Below, in pieces: positions 11,267-21,412 of a stretch of 64,000 bases of DNA. A program made the position numbers and the translations under genes. The notes beneath the pieces were generated by a model. The model did no database searches, had not been told where the DNA came from, and saw only the letters and a program-made list of their open reading frames with translations. Within the stretch, counting starts at the first letter, position 1. The number at the start of each line of letters is the position of its first letter. The stretch is from Candidatus Bathyarchaeota archaeon. Its GTDB lineage: Archaea > Thermoproteota > Bathyarchaeia > Bathyarchaeales > Bathycorpusculaceae. Where the stretch lies: NCBI GenBank assembly GCA_963768425.1, contig CAVYHV010000009.1:1-64000 (forward strand). Reading direction: 5' to 3'.

Positions 11267-11287
11267 CAAATCCCAGCGGCCCCACCA
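11267..11287 (+). repeat. att site: copy of tRNA 3' end (tRNA-Pro-like)
   Basis: CAAATCCCAGCGGCCCCACCA = T-loop end, T-stem 3' strand, acceptor strand CGGCCCC, A and CCA; no 5' half of a tRNA upstream. Confidence 0.75.
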
Positions 11288-11559
11288 GGATAATCCAGGC
11301 GCTATTTATGTAGGGTCTACGTTCGTTTTCGGAACAGTTTGATGTCACTAAAGGTTGGTGTTTCGTTTTCTAATTTCCCATATTTTCTTTCCACTCAAGA
11401 ACCAGATTAACCCATTTATCATCGTCTTCAGGCAACTCATTCATTGGCTTTTGCATCCGGAAAGCGCTCCGCATGCGCAACACAAATGCTCTCTAAACTA
11501 AGTCATTTTCAACACCTTTTTTAAGCAGAAAAATGTTTCAGTTTTAGGGAAATTGCTGA

Positions 11560-12306
11560 ATGAAAGTATTGTTCATCTATGACACCGATTCGCCTTCGAA
11601 GTTAACCATGAAAGTCTCCGAAACATTCCTAAACGTTCTTAAAAAGAAAGATATGGACGCTGAATTTCTCTACATGAAGGATGTTGACACAGTGGCTATC
11701 AAACAATATGATATCTTAATTGTTGGAGCACCCACTATGATTCTTAGAACATCCAGCGGAATAATGCAATTCCTAAGCAATTTCGAAGAAAAAGAGCTTG
11801 AAGGGAAGTTACCTGTCGTTTTTGATACAAAATTGCCAGAAAAGATGAGTGGAAACGCGACCGAGAAATTAGAAAGCAAACTTGAGAAACTTGGCTTAGA
11901 GATTGTCTCGGACCCAATTGCGACCCAAGTAGCTGACAAGTACGCGTGGTCACTCGGAGTGATGCAACTGAGACGTGAGGACCTAGAGAAAAAGGAGCAT
12001 TGGGCACGCGCGCGCACACTTGCTTTTATTTTGTTTTTGTGGTTCTCATTTCCATGGATAGTTACATGGCGTACTGGCAGATCAATTAAAAGCACCAAAA
12101 GAAGCACTTATTTTAGGGGGGCTTCTTGGTCAATCCTCGTATACCTTTGGCTCTTTGTGGGAAATTTCGTTTTATCCAGTGCTATCCCCTCAGTTGGCAG
12201 AAGAACTAGCGCTCGTGCTTTGGATGCGACACTTAAACTCTGCACTCGTAGTAACATGCTATTCTTTTTCGTTCCTGTCTGGTCTGTAGGCATGGCTTTA
12301 TTGTAA
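11560..12306 (+). CDS. Flavodoxin-like protein (C-terminal ~95 aa probably read-through)
   Basis: MKVLFIYDT...YDILIVGAPT...VVFDTK flavodoxin fold over first ~150 aa. Confidence 0.65.
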   Translation: MKVLFIYDTDSPSKLTMKVSETFLNVLKKKDMDAEFLYMKDVDTVAIKQYDILIVGAPTMILRTSSGIMQFLSNFEEKELEGKLPVVFDTKLPEKMSGNATEKLESKLEKLGLEIVSDPIATQVADKYAWSLGVMQLRREDLEKKEHWARARTLAFILFLWFSFPWIVTWRTGRSIKSTKRSTYFRGASWSILVYLWLFVGNFVLSSAIPSVGRRTSARALDATLKLCTRSNMLFFFVPVWSVGMALL

Positions 12307-12426
12307 ATTGAGAGTCCAAAATGGCAAAATTCCTAAACCTAAAATCTGAAAATATTTGCATTGGTTTTGTTCGTAAACGATTACTACTGAAGTGAGCTGC
12401 CACATCAGGGTAAATGCGCTTTTAAC

Positions 12427-12978
12427 TTAGGGCTTGCAAATTTTGGAGTCAAGGATTGCAAAATTGTTGCCGCCAACATGGAAAAGCATTCGCGTCTTTT
12501 TCAAGTCATAGATTTCATTAAAGGCACCGGCGTCACAGTAGGCTTCAAGTATTTTGCCCACGAAAATCGTGTGGTCGCCTGTAGTGAATTTGTTGTTTAC
12601 AGAACATTCTAAATGAGCCACACATTCCCTAATTGCCGGCGCTTTAACCTTTTTGGCTGGCAATGGCGTTAGGTTGGTTTTTTTGAACTTGTCAAAACTT
12701 CTGCCCGTCAATGAGCCGCATGCGTAGACTGCTTGCAGTATCTCAATAGTTGGAATGTTTACCACGAATTCACCTGACTCTTCGATTAGTGAGTGGGAGT
12801 GACGTTGGGGAGCAAGACTAATGGCTAAAAGTGGAGGGTTAATAGAGGTTGGCATTGCCCATGCGACGGTGGTAATGTTAGGTTTGCCTGTTTTTCCTAA
12901 ACATGAAACCAAAACTATGTGCAATGGATTTAGAAGCCCAAAAGCTGATTTTACGTTAACTTGAATTTTTGCAGACAG
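12427..12978 (-). CDS. Flavin reductase-like family protein
   Basis: PNITTVAW, SINPPLLAIS, GEFVVNIP, GDHTIFVG; probable CTG start 6 nt after GGTGA. Confidence 0.88.
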   Translation of the reverse strand: MSAKIQVNVKSAFGLLNPLHIVLVSCLGKTGKPNITTVAWAMPTSINPPLLAISLAPQRHSHSLIEESGEFVVNIPTIEILQAVYACGSLTGRSFDKFKKTNLTPLPAKKVKAPAIRECVAHLECSVNNKFTTGDHTIFVGKILEAYCDAGAFNEIYDLKKTRMLFHVGGNNFAILDSKICKP

Positions 12979-13128
12979 AATGAATCACCTTGAAATAATT
13001 AGTTAGTGATACACGAATGTCCTTATTTTTCTTTTTCTTTCCTAGTAGAAATATTGTAATAATGGTGTCTTTTATTCACATTTCCAATTCGTTTGAACAA
13101 ACGGCTAGCCACGGTCAGAAAGACCTGA

Positions 13129-14140
<1,012 letters not shown>

Positions 14141-14222
14141 AGAAAAATTTCGGGCTAAACCGAATCAATGCATGCCTTGGTTGGTCAAAGGATTCCTTGG
14201 TTGTAAGTACAAAATAATCTAT

Positions 14223-14495
14223 TTATTCATAGTGAACAACGTTCCGTGGTCTACGCTGCGTTTTGTGATTTTTAGTCGACGCAGCATTTTTGGCTATAGC
14301 CATTGCTGCAATTACTGCGTCAGTATAATCGTCCATTTCGTTCTGAGGCGAAAAGTCAGCGGATTCAAACAGCCTCGCTTGTGATAGCAATGTTTCATTT
14401 GTGAGAAACTCAATGAGCTTTGTAGCATTATCTTGAGTAATCCCGCGAATTATTAATTGCCCAGTTTGCAGTTTTGTTTTGCTCATTTTAATCAC
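14223..14495 (-). CDS. Hypothetical protein
   Basis: 90-aa ORF with TATA-like TTTAAA upstream (~14545). Confidence 0.5.
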   Translation of the reverse strand: MIKMSKTKLQTGQLIIRGITQDNATKLIEFLTNETLLSQARLFESADFSPQNEMDDYTDAVIAAMAIAKNAASTKNHKTQRRPRNVVHYE

Positions 14496-14559
14496 TTACA
14501 GATTGATTCTCAATTTCTTCTTTTGTAATTATAGCAACTTCAGTTTAAAAAATATGTGC

Positions 14560-14712
14560 ACCATAAAGCCCAGAAAGCTATCCAGTGTACACTTCCCGGG
14601 CTGAAGTTTCTCTGATATTGGGGGGCGTTGAAGAATTTAGGCGGGGAGGTTAGAGTTTGCGGAAGTGCGTGAAGATGGCGAACCATCCAGCAGTTCCCTC
14701 TGAACCTGCCCA
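14560..14712 (-). ncRNA. Putative small structured RNA
   Basis: GAUGG-UUCG-CCAUC hairpin (14674-14687), 12-bp stem with G-U pairs (14567-14602), TTTAAA ~29 nt upstream. Confidence 0.35.
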
Positions 14713-14895
14713 ATCAAGCAAACGGTTTACTTTTTTTAAACCTTGTGTATTCAAGATACATAAAAGTCGCCGAGATGCAAACTTGCCCAATCACTGAATG
14801 TTGTTTGGGCCAAAAGGCTTGTCGCCGTCGAGAGGGCACAGGATAAGTCAGCCGTAGATCAAATTATATGTTTTTTATGTTCTGATTATAGGGCT

Positions 14896-15801
14896 TTAGA
14901 AATTTGTTGCTTTCTTTTGCATAGCAGCGAATTTTTTTCTGATCGTAAAGTAACAAAGACTGTTGTTGGTCCGATATATGGAATAGAGGTTGTCGAGTGC
15001 AGATTCTACTCGTTCATCTTGCTCAAGTCCAAGTTGCAGCAGCAATTTTAGGGTCAACGAATTCTGGATGATGCCTAAATGTCTAAAGCAAATCAGCTTA
15101 GGCGCAAGTTCTTCTTTGTATTTTTGGCCGCTTCAAATTCTAGATCGCGATCTTCGGTCGAAAAAACATATCGGCTTCGTAGCTCGTACTCTTTACCAGA
15201 GCTTTGAAGTGCCTGCCATTTCAAATTCAAATGCTGGAAAAGAAAGCTGAGTGCTTTCTGAACAGAATTGTCCTGAAGAGATGCGCCTAAATTGTGTAGT
15301 TTTTCGAGTTGATGGGTTGTTGCAAGAACCGTGTCTTCCCATGAACCGTCTTCACTTTGAGCTCTTTGGATATCTTGTGCAAGTTTCTTTATATCCTCGG
15401 AATCGTTTTCATCGTCGTATCTATATATGATCGACTTAATCAGCAGAGAATAATAATCATGTTCACCCGCTAAATGTTCAGCGGTATTTTCAAGTTTTTT
15501 ACTTGTAATCAAACTCATTTAGCAGGTTAATGTGTTTAAATGCTGACAAAATGTCGTATGTTAATTTTGTCGAATTTTGCCACAAACCGTTGCCTTTTTG
15601 CCTTGACAAAATGTTGGTCATTTCAGGGAGTAATATTCTTGACGCAATTTCGACTGGCAAATCGCGTAACAAAAAATAGCTTTTTGTTTTGACGATTTTG
15701 TGGAACTCCTTTTTTTGAGCCTGATAGAATTCTTCGGAAAAACACGAATATTTTTTGGACATCATCAAAGGAATTAAACTGGCAACAGTACAGCGAAGCA
15801 A
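14896..15801 (-). CDS. Helical protein with prenyltransferase/squalene-cyclase-like QxxxGxW motifs (two frameshifts)
   Basis: RQKGNGLWQ and AQSEDGSWE; ORFs 15499-15801 and 15093-15518 plus continuation to stop at 14896. Confidence 0.5.
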
Positions 15802-15931
15802 AGTTTCATCAATTTTCTTTGACCCCTCTTGCTTGAGGTTGTATTTATTTATTTTAGAAATAGGTCTTTCGGTTCTGCAGGTTCAATGTAGATTCTTGAG
15901 GGCGTAGATTGGTTGTCGAAACACGAATAGT

Positions 15932-16198
15932 TCAAGTTGGCAGATTTATTTTGCTTGCCAAGATTAGAACTTGTCTTGTCAAGAACTCAGCTAATAGTTC
16001 TGGACCAACACATGCTCTTTTGTGTTTGGCTACATGGTTCCTTATCGCAATGTTCATTGCTTTCAAATCAGGCAAAACCAAGATTTCGGAGTCGCATATG
16101 CATCTAACAATGGGCATGCTTCTTTTATGGACAGTAACTCTCTTTTGGTGATCTTGGGTACAAGAAAAGTTGATATTTTGAATACTTTTTTTTGACAC
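15932..16198 (-). CDS. Small CCHH zinc-binding protein
   Basis: RCICDSEILVLPDLKAMNIAIRNHVAKH; paralog of 55996-56304. Confidence 0.6.
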   Translation of the reverse strand: MSKKSIQNINFSCTQDHQKRVTVHKRSMPIVRCICDSEILVLPDLKAMNIAIRNHVAKHKRACVGPELLAEFLTRQVLILASKINLPT

Positions 16199-16508
16199 GG
16201 CAACTCACCCATGACTCTGTTAGAGCCTAGCTGATTACATTTTACTTCATCATCGCATATAAGAAGTAGTGATAGGCAATATACAACCACAAAACAGAGT
16301 GCCCGAAATAGCCGCCATAAGTAATCGCATTTCATTGTGCAGAGGCGACATTAAACCATTCTATTCCTTCTTTTTCTTAGTTTATTATGGTTTCAACACA
16401 AAATTTGCGCAGATCTTTCTCTATAGGAGCTAGTTATTTGAAAAGCCTCAACCCGAAAGGGTACTTGGAAATAAAAGAAAAAAGTAAGATTGTTCATTTT
16501 GCTCTCTT

Positions 16509-16841
16509 TTACATCATTGGCATGATTTCAAGGACTTCAATGCTTGCTTTCGGCATAATATAATGCGGGTGGTTCGCGATTATCGTTTTCACTCCTTCCA
16601 TGTCTTCTGCTTGCACAATTGAGTAACCTGCCACTTCGGTCTTCCCTTTAGAGCTGCCTTTTTTGGTAAAATTCATTCCGTTTCCCACCATGTTTCCATT
16701 GTCGACAATTGATTTCCCACATTTCTTAAACCACGTAAGCCAAGGCTCCATTCCTTTCTTGATTTCCTCGGGACTTCTCGCTTTCATTTGAGCTTCTACA
16801 GCGGATGCTGGCGCCATGTACAAAATCAAAAATTTCTTCAA
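16509..16841 (-). CDS. YciI/DGPF-like dimeric alpha-beta barrel protein
   Basis: MKKFLILY...VAGYSIVQAED...HPH...IEVLEI. Confidence 0.7.
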   Translation of the reverse strand: MKKFLILYMAPASAVEAQMKARSPEEIKKGMEPWLTWFKKCGKSIVDNGNMVGNGMNFTKKGSSKGKTEVAGYSIVQAEDMEGVKTIIANHPHYIMPKASIEVLEIMPMM

Positions 16842-16974
16842 AACAAATCACCACTGAATTTGTAATTAAACCGTGTTTTTATCTTTATCGCCTGAAATAC
16901 AAACCCTGTGTATACTGAGGGAGCAAATATTCTTTCTCTTTATTTTTCTAAAGAGGTTTCGAACTATTAAGAAG

Positions 16975-18198
16975 TTAGGCACGTTTTTTAGTGCTAACTA
17001 TGCTAATTACGTCCCTGTCTTTTAGGATGGCTTCTTCACCTATTCTTCTCTTGTCTCGGGCGTCAACAGCGTAAAGAAAGTTTTCTCCAAGGTCTGTATG
17101 AATCACATAAGCGAATTGGCGTGCAGTTGTCCCATTCGGCACAAGGTATGTGTCAGGCAGGACTCTTCCGTTATGGTCAGAGAGGTGTTCCAAATCTTCC
17201 ACGGGGTAAACAGTTATCATGTTAAGCAGCTTAGAGTAAGCTATATTCATGGCTTCTTGGATGCCTGTGGACCCATTTTTCTGTAGCACCTTTTCACGGA
17301 TAGCTTCTAACGCCTTAATTTGTCCGGGGGACAGCTTTTCTGGCTGCTTTATTTTAAAGTCAGAGTCGCCTGGCTTGTAATCGATCAATCCTTTTTCAGC
17401 GGCGCGTCTTAGTGCGAGTTCAGCCTCCGCGGAACATGGAATAACCATATAATCAAGCTTTTTCAGCTTCTCCACATTCGGAGCTGCTGTGGGCAAGTCA
17501 ATTTTGTTAGCTACAATCAGCATAGGTTTTGATATTCGTCTTAAATTGTCGACAAACCTGTAGAAGTCTTCGTCACTCCACGTGGCGGGTTTGTCAATGT
17601 TTAGGTTTGCTTTTCTAATGGCTTCAGCGACGCTTTGGCGTTTTATGCCTAAACCTGTTAGTCGGTCTTCAAGCGGGGCAGCAATGCCTTTTTTGTCGGC
17701 TTCCGCTTGTCGCGCAATTTTGGACCAATCTTTCTTAAGGATCGTTACCATCCACATTGTTATTTCGCGTTCAAGAAACTTCACGTCTTCTAAAGGGTCG
17801 TGTTCGCCTGGTTTGCATGATTTTCCTTCGCAGTCTGTTCCGCCTGAAGCGTCAACCACGTGAATCAATGCGTCTGCCCTGCGTATCTCATCAAGGAACT
17901 GGTTACCTAAGCCGCGTCCTTCCCAAGCGCCAGGCACAAGACCTGCAATATCGATTAACTCCACTGGGACCAATCTTATCCCGTCAAGGCAAAGCGAGTT
18001 TCTCGGGTTGTCTTTAACCTTGAACTCTTCATGAACGCAGGTAGTGCGAACATACCCTACTCCTCTGTTCGGTTTGATTGTGGTGAATGGGTAATTTGCA
18101 ATTTCAGCCGCTGCCAAGGTTGCTGCGCTGAAAAATGTGGATTTTCCCGTGTTAGGTTTTCCAACTACTCCAAGTAACCGTGTGTATGACCGCTGCAT
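16975..18198 (-). CDS. ychF: YchF/Obg-family translation-associated ATPase with TGS domain
   Basis: GKPNTGKST, ANYPFTTI, DIAGLV, NKID, C-terminal IHTDLG. Confidence 0.93.
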   Translation of the reverse strand: MQRSYTRLLGVVGKPNTGKSTFFSAATLAAAEIANYPFTTIKPNRGVGYVRTTCVHEEFKVKDNPRNSLCLDGIRLVPVELIDIAGLVPGAWEGRGLGNQFLDEIRRADALIHVVDASGGTDCEGKSCKPGEHDPLEDVKFLEREITMWMVTILKKDWSKIARQAEADKKGIAAPLEDRLTGLGIKRQSVAEAIRKANLNIDKPATWSDEDFYRFVDNLRRISKPMLIVANKIDLPTAAPNVEKLKKLDYMVIPCSAEAELALRRAAEKGLIDYKPGDSDFKIKQPEKLSPGQIKALEAIREKVLQKNGSTGIQEAMNIAYSKLLNMITVYPVEDLEHLSDHNGRVLPDTYLVPNGTTARQFAYVIHTDLGENFLYAVDARDKRRIGEEAILKDRDVISIVSTKKRA

Positions 18199-18317
18199 AG
18201 GTTATCTCTCTTTAGGTAGTGTTGCGTTCGATGCGCTATATTACTTGCGCTTACAAAATGGTCGTTAAATACGTTTTTAAGGTCAGGCAATTTAGACTCT
18301 TAGGAAGTGATTCGTTT

Positions 18318-18984
18318 ATGAAGATTACTGACGGAGTCTTTCAGGTGGAAGGAGTCAACTGCAACGTTTACCTTGTTGAAGATGAAGACAAGTTAATTTT
18401 GATTGACACTGGATTGCCGAGAAGCGCCAAAAAAATCAAAAAGTGTATTGAAGATCTGGGTCGCAAGCCGACTGATGTGTCAACAATTGTGATAACTCAC
18501 TTTCATATTGACCATGTTGGAAGTCTCAAAAAAATGAAAGATGCCACGGCCGCTAAGGTTGCAGTCCACGAAGCAGACGCTGACTATGTTGCAGGCAAAA
18601 AAGCTCCACCTAAACCTAAAAACCTAATGTTCAAAGCATTAAGCTCGATTGTCAAAGCAGAACCCGTAGAACCTGACATCGTTCTCAAAGAAGGAAGCAA
18701 AGTTGGAAGGTTAACGGTTATTCATACGCCTGGTCACTCTGAAGGAAGCATATCTTTGTTTGACACCGATCGGAAAGTAATGTTTTCAGGCGATGCTGTC
18801 AGGTTCAAAGACGGCAAACTTCAGGGTCCGCCACCGCAATTCACTCTTGATCCAGATAAAGCCAAGGAATCAATCGAAAAGAATCTCGACTTTTGACTTC
18901 GACATAATGCTCGGCGGACATGGACAACCCCTAAAGGAGAACGCTTCACAAAAAATAAGAGAGTTCAGTTCTACTCTGAAGTGA
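18318..18984 (+). CDS. MBL-fold metallo-hydrolase (frameshift near C-terminus)
   Basis: IDTG, THFHIDHVG, HTPGHS, FSGDA, then GGHG in shifted frame. Confidence 0.88.
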
Positions 18985-19123
18985 AAATGCAATCATTATT
19001 GATGTTAATTCCAGAACATACTTACTGAGTACCTCTTAACCCTCAAATGATGCGCCAACAACCCTAACTGTTAACGCAATTCGCAGAATAGAAAAAACAT
19101 CGTAATTGCTCAAGTTCACAAAA

Positions 19124-20671
19124 TCAAGAGTGAGAGCTATTTTTTGGGATTCTTTTTTGGATAATAACAATTGATAGCAATATTGTTAATGCAAAAAGTG
19201 GCAGAATTGTCAACGTTGGAAACTCTTGAACAGTGGGTGTCGGAGAAGGTGTTGATCGAGTTATTGGAGTTAAGGTAGGCGTAGACTTAGGTGTAGCTGT
19301 TGATGCTGGACTTGGAGTTGATGTTGGGTGAGGCGTAGCTGTGTGTGAGGGAGTTGGCGTTTGTGAAGGAGTTGGACTTGCTGTTGGACTGGGCGAAGGG
19401 CTGGGAGTTGGTGTTGGACTTGGTGTAGGGGTTGAGTTAGATGCAAAAGTTGCTGCGACTGTGGTTGCTCCCGAAATGTTTTGAACGTTATAGGTGCTAA
19501 CTGCGCCAATAGAGGTTCCATTAATCGTTACATCAAAGATGCTATAACCGGTATTCGGCGTTATAGTGAAGCTTTGGCTGCTACCATAATTAATGCTTAC
19601 AGCTCCGCCTGGCATAATTGAACCGCCAACACCAGCATTAGCACTAACATAAGTTGGAGCTTCTGTATTGGGCGCATTCAAAAACGGAATGAAGGTTACA
19701 TTGCCTTCGTTGAAATTATCTCTAAAATCATAAATTGTCTGGCTAATCGATGATGAATCAGTTGTTCCCCACCAATTATAAGCGGCATAAAAATTTGAGC
19801 CATCCTGATATTCAAAATCATATTCAGCGTTATTTTGAATATTGTTGAATAATAGCGCATTTGATTGAACTCCGTTTGATCCAAGGATTAATTGTACTCC
19901 AACATTATTTTCAACGATCGTATTATTTTCTATCAGTGCAGGACCAATTCCAGCATACAACCCTGTGTCGATTGAGTTTATGATCAAGTTTCCTACTACT
20001 GTTGAGTTGTCTGTAAGACAAAAAATACCTGAGTCAGTTGCATAAATAGTATTGTCATAAATCGAAGCGTTAGTTTCCGAAAGTTGTATTCCGATACTTC
20101 CAATACCGCCGTTCCCATTTATGCTACAGTTGGAAATTATTGGTGCTCCGTAGTTAACACTAATAGCTGTATCAAATTCACCGCAATTTATTGTATCATT
20201 ATTAATTTTAGGTGATGCATTGTCAATCGAAATAAAGTCCATTCCAAAACCCGTGTTATAATCCATGATTGCATTTTCAATTATTGAGCCAGAATTCGTT
20301 TGAGGATTCCAACCATTACTCATAGGAGCAAAAACAATTACGTCATCATCTCCACTTCCATTAATATGAATCAAGTTTGTTTGGCTGCCGACGGCATTCA
20401 ATCCGCCGTTTACTTGCAAATAGTATGTGCCAATGTTTACGGTAACACCTGCTTGAATTGTTAAGGTAGCATTAGCGTTTACAGCAACAGGTCCCGTAAA
20501 ATTGTATGGACTATTGGCTTTCGTCCAAGTAGTATCTGAATAGATTATGCCAGTGACGTTTGTTCCGCTTTGGGCCCTGCCAAAATGCAGCGTGCCAAAT
20601 AGAGCCAGCGTGGATACTAAGAGTGCGAATATTAACGCCAGTGCTAATGCTGTTTTTTTCATAAACATCAA
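19124..20671 (-). CDS. Secreted beta-helix surface protein with Pro/Thr linker and PEF-CTERM-like anchor
   Basis: Signal peptide, Asn/Ile-rich parallel beta-helix repeats, YNWWG, (TP/SP)n linker, VQEFP + TM helix + basic tail. Confidence 0.8.
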   Translation of the reverse strand: MMFMKKTALALALIFALLVSTLALFGTLHFGRAQSGTNVTGIIYSDTTWTKANSPYNFTGPVAVNANATLTIQAGVTVNIGTYYLQVNGGLNAVGSQTNLIHINGSGDDDVIVFAPMSNGWNPQTNSGSIIENAIMDYNTGFGMDFISIDNASPKINNDTINCGEFDTAISVNYGAPIISNCSINGNGGIGSIGIQLSETNASIYDNTIYATDSGIFCLTDNSTVVGNLIINSIDTGLYAGIGPALIENNTIVENNVGVQLILGSNGVQSNALLFNNIQNNAEYDFEYQDGSNFYAAYNWWGTTDSSSISQTIYDFRDNFNEGNVTFIPFLNAPNTEAPTYVSANAGVGGSIMPGGAVSINYGSSQSFTITPNTGYSIFDVTINGTSIGAVSTYNVQNISGATTVAATFASNSTPTPSPTPTPSPSPSPTASPTPSQTPTPSHTATPHPTSTPSPASTATPKSTPTLTPITRSTPSPTPTVQEFPTLTILPLFALTILLSIVIIQKRIPKNSSHS

Positions 20672-20704
20672 TCGACAATATGTTAACTTTCTCTAATGTC
20701 TTGT

Positions 20705-21021
20705 GTTATTAGGCTATATGCTTGCTTCATCGTTGTGCCTTCGGGTTTTGCAGCGACGGTTGCTTCACGGTGAACGTTTTTTTCGCCTCTAAGCGCGTAG
20801 CATATGGCAGCTGCGAAACACAGAACTGCACAGATAATGAATGCAGTTGTAAGCGCTGACATAAACGGCGAGGCTATTGCGTTCGGGAAAAAGCTTTGAC
20901 CTGTTGAGTGCTCAGTGTATTTGTGGGTATCTATGACGCCATTGTGCCTATGCCCAGCAGCAAAGTGCCTATAGGGTTGTAGCCGAGGAAAGCAGCGAAT
21001 AGTGTTCCTGAGGCTGAAACG
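20705..21021 (-). pseudogene. C-terminal relic of an MFS (EmrB/QacA-like) transporter
   Basis: Manual translation LFAAFLGYNPIGTLL ... TGQSFFPNAIASPFMSALTTAFIICAVLCFAAAICYALRG with internal stop and no start. Confidence 0.6.
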
Positions 21022-21035
21022 AAAAAGAGTTTGCT

Positions 21036-21269
21036 TTATTGTTCAATGACTATTAGAGTCACCGTTGATCTAACTTGGTCGGTGGTCCGTATTTTGTGTG
21101 AAACCGCATCTTTTAATTCATCCATTGTGTCGGCCTTGAGTTTGATAATAAGATCATAAACTCCATATGAAACGTAAGCTTCACATACAATGTCAAGACC
21201 CTTAAGCCGATCCAGCACTTTGCTCTCTGCGCCAGGTTCAACATTAAGCAAAATATAAGATTGCACCAT
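21036..21269 (-). CDS. Lrp/AsnC ligand-binding (RAM) domain protein
   Basis: SYILLNVEPG...YGVYDLIIK...STVTLIV. Confidence 0.88.
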   Translation of the reverse strand: MVQSYILLNVEPGAESKVLDRLKGLDIVCEAYVSYGVYDLIIKLKADTMDELKDAVSHKIRTTDQVRSTVTLIVIEQ

Positions 21270-21412
21270 TACAAACTTCTCCAGTTACTAATGAAGAAAC
21301 AGAATAATTAAGCTTTTTTGGAAAAAGAAAAATCGTTATTTAAAGACTATTTTGCAAAATTTGATTACAAGAAACGTTTTCTTCTGCAGTTCAAAAGTTT
21401 ACTTGGCCTGTC

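Larger units (their letters stand above)
1..11287. mobile_element. Integrated provirus-like element (right part; continues beyond left edge)
   Basis: Co-oriented minus-strand genes of viral type (terminase-small-like, ParB, ABC-GNAT, HTH proteins) ending at a tRNA 3'-end duplication at 11267-11287. Confidence 0.7.

Noticed and set aside
11220-11290. Intact tRNA gene
   Set aside because: Only the 3' ~21 nt are tRNA-like; no acceptor 5' strand, D arm or anticodon arm upstream
11142-11348. 68-aa ORF on minus strand
   Set aside because: Spans the tRNA-derived att site; its LVGPLGF segment is just antisense tRNA sequence, and it has no recognisable integrase motifs
14690-14712. TPP riboswitch (TGAACCTG)
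   Set aside because: No CUGAGA element or P1/P2 architecture, and no thiamine gene downstream
19240-19440. Tandem repeat or CRISPR-like array
   Set aside because: Low-complexity codons for the Pro/Thr/Ser linker of a surface protein; no repeat-spacer periodicity anywhere in the window
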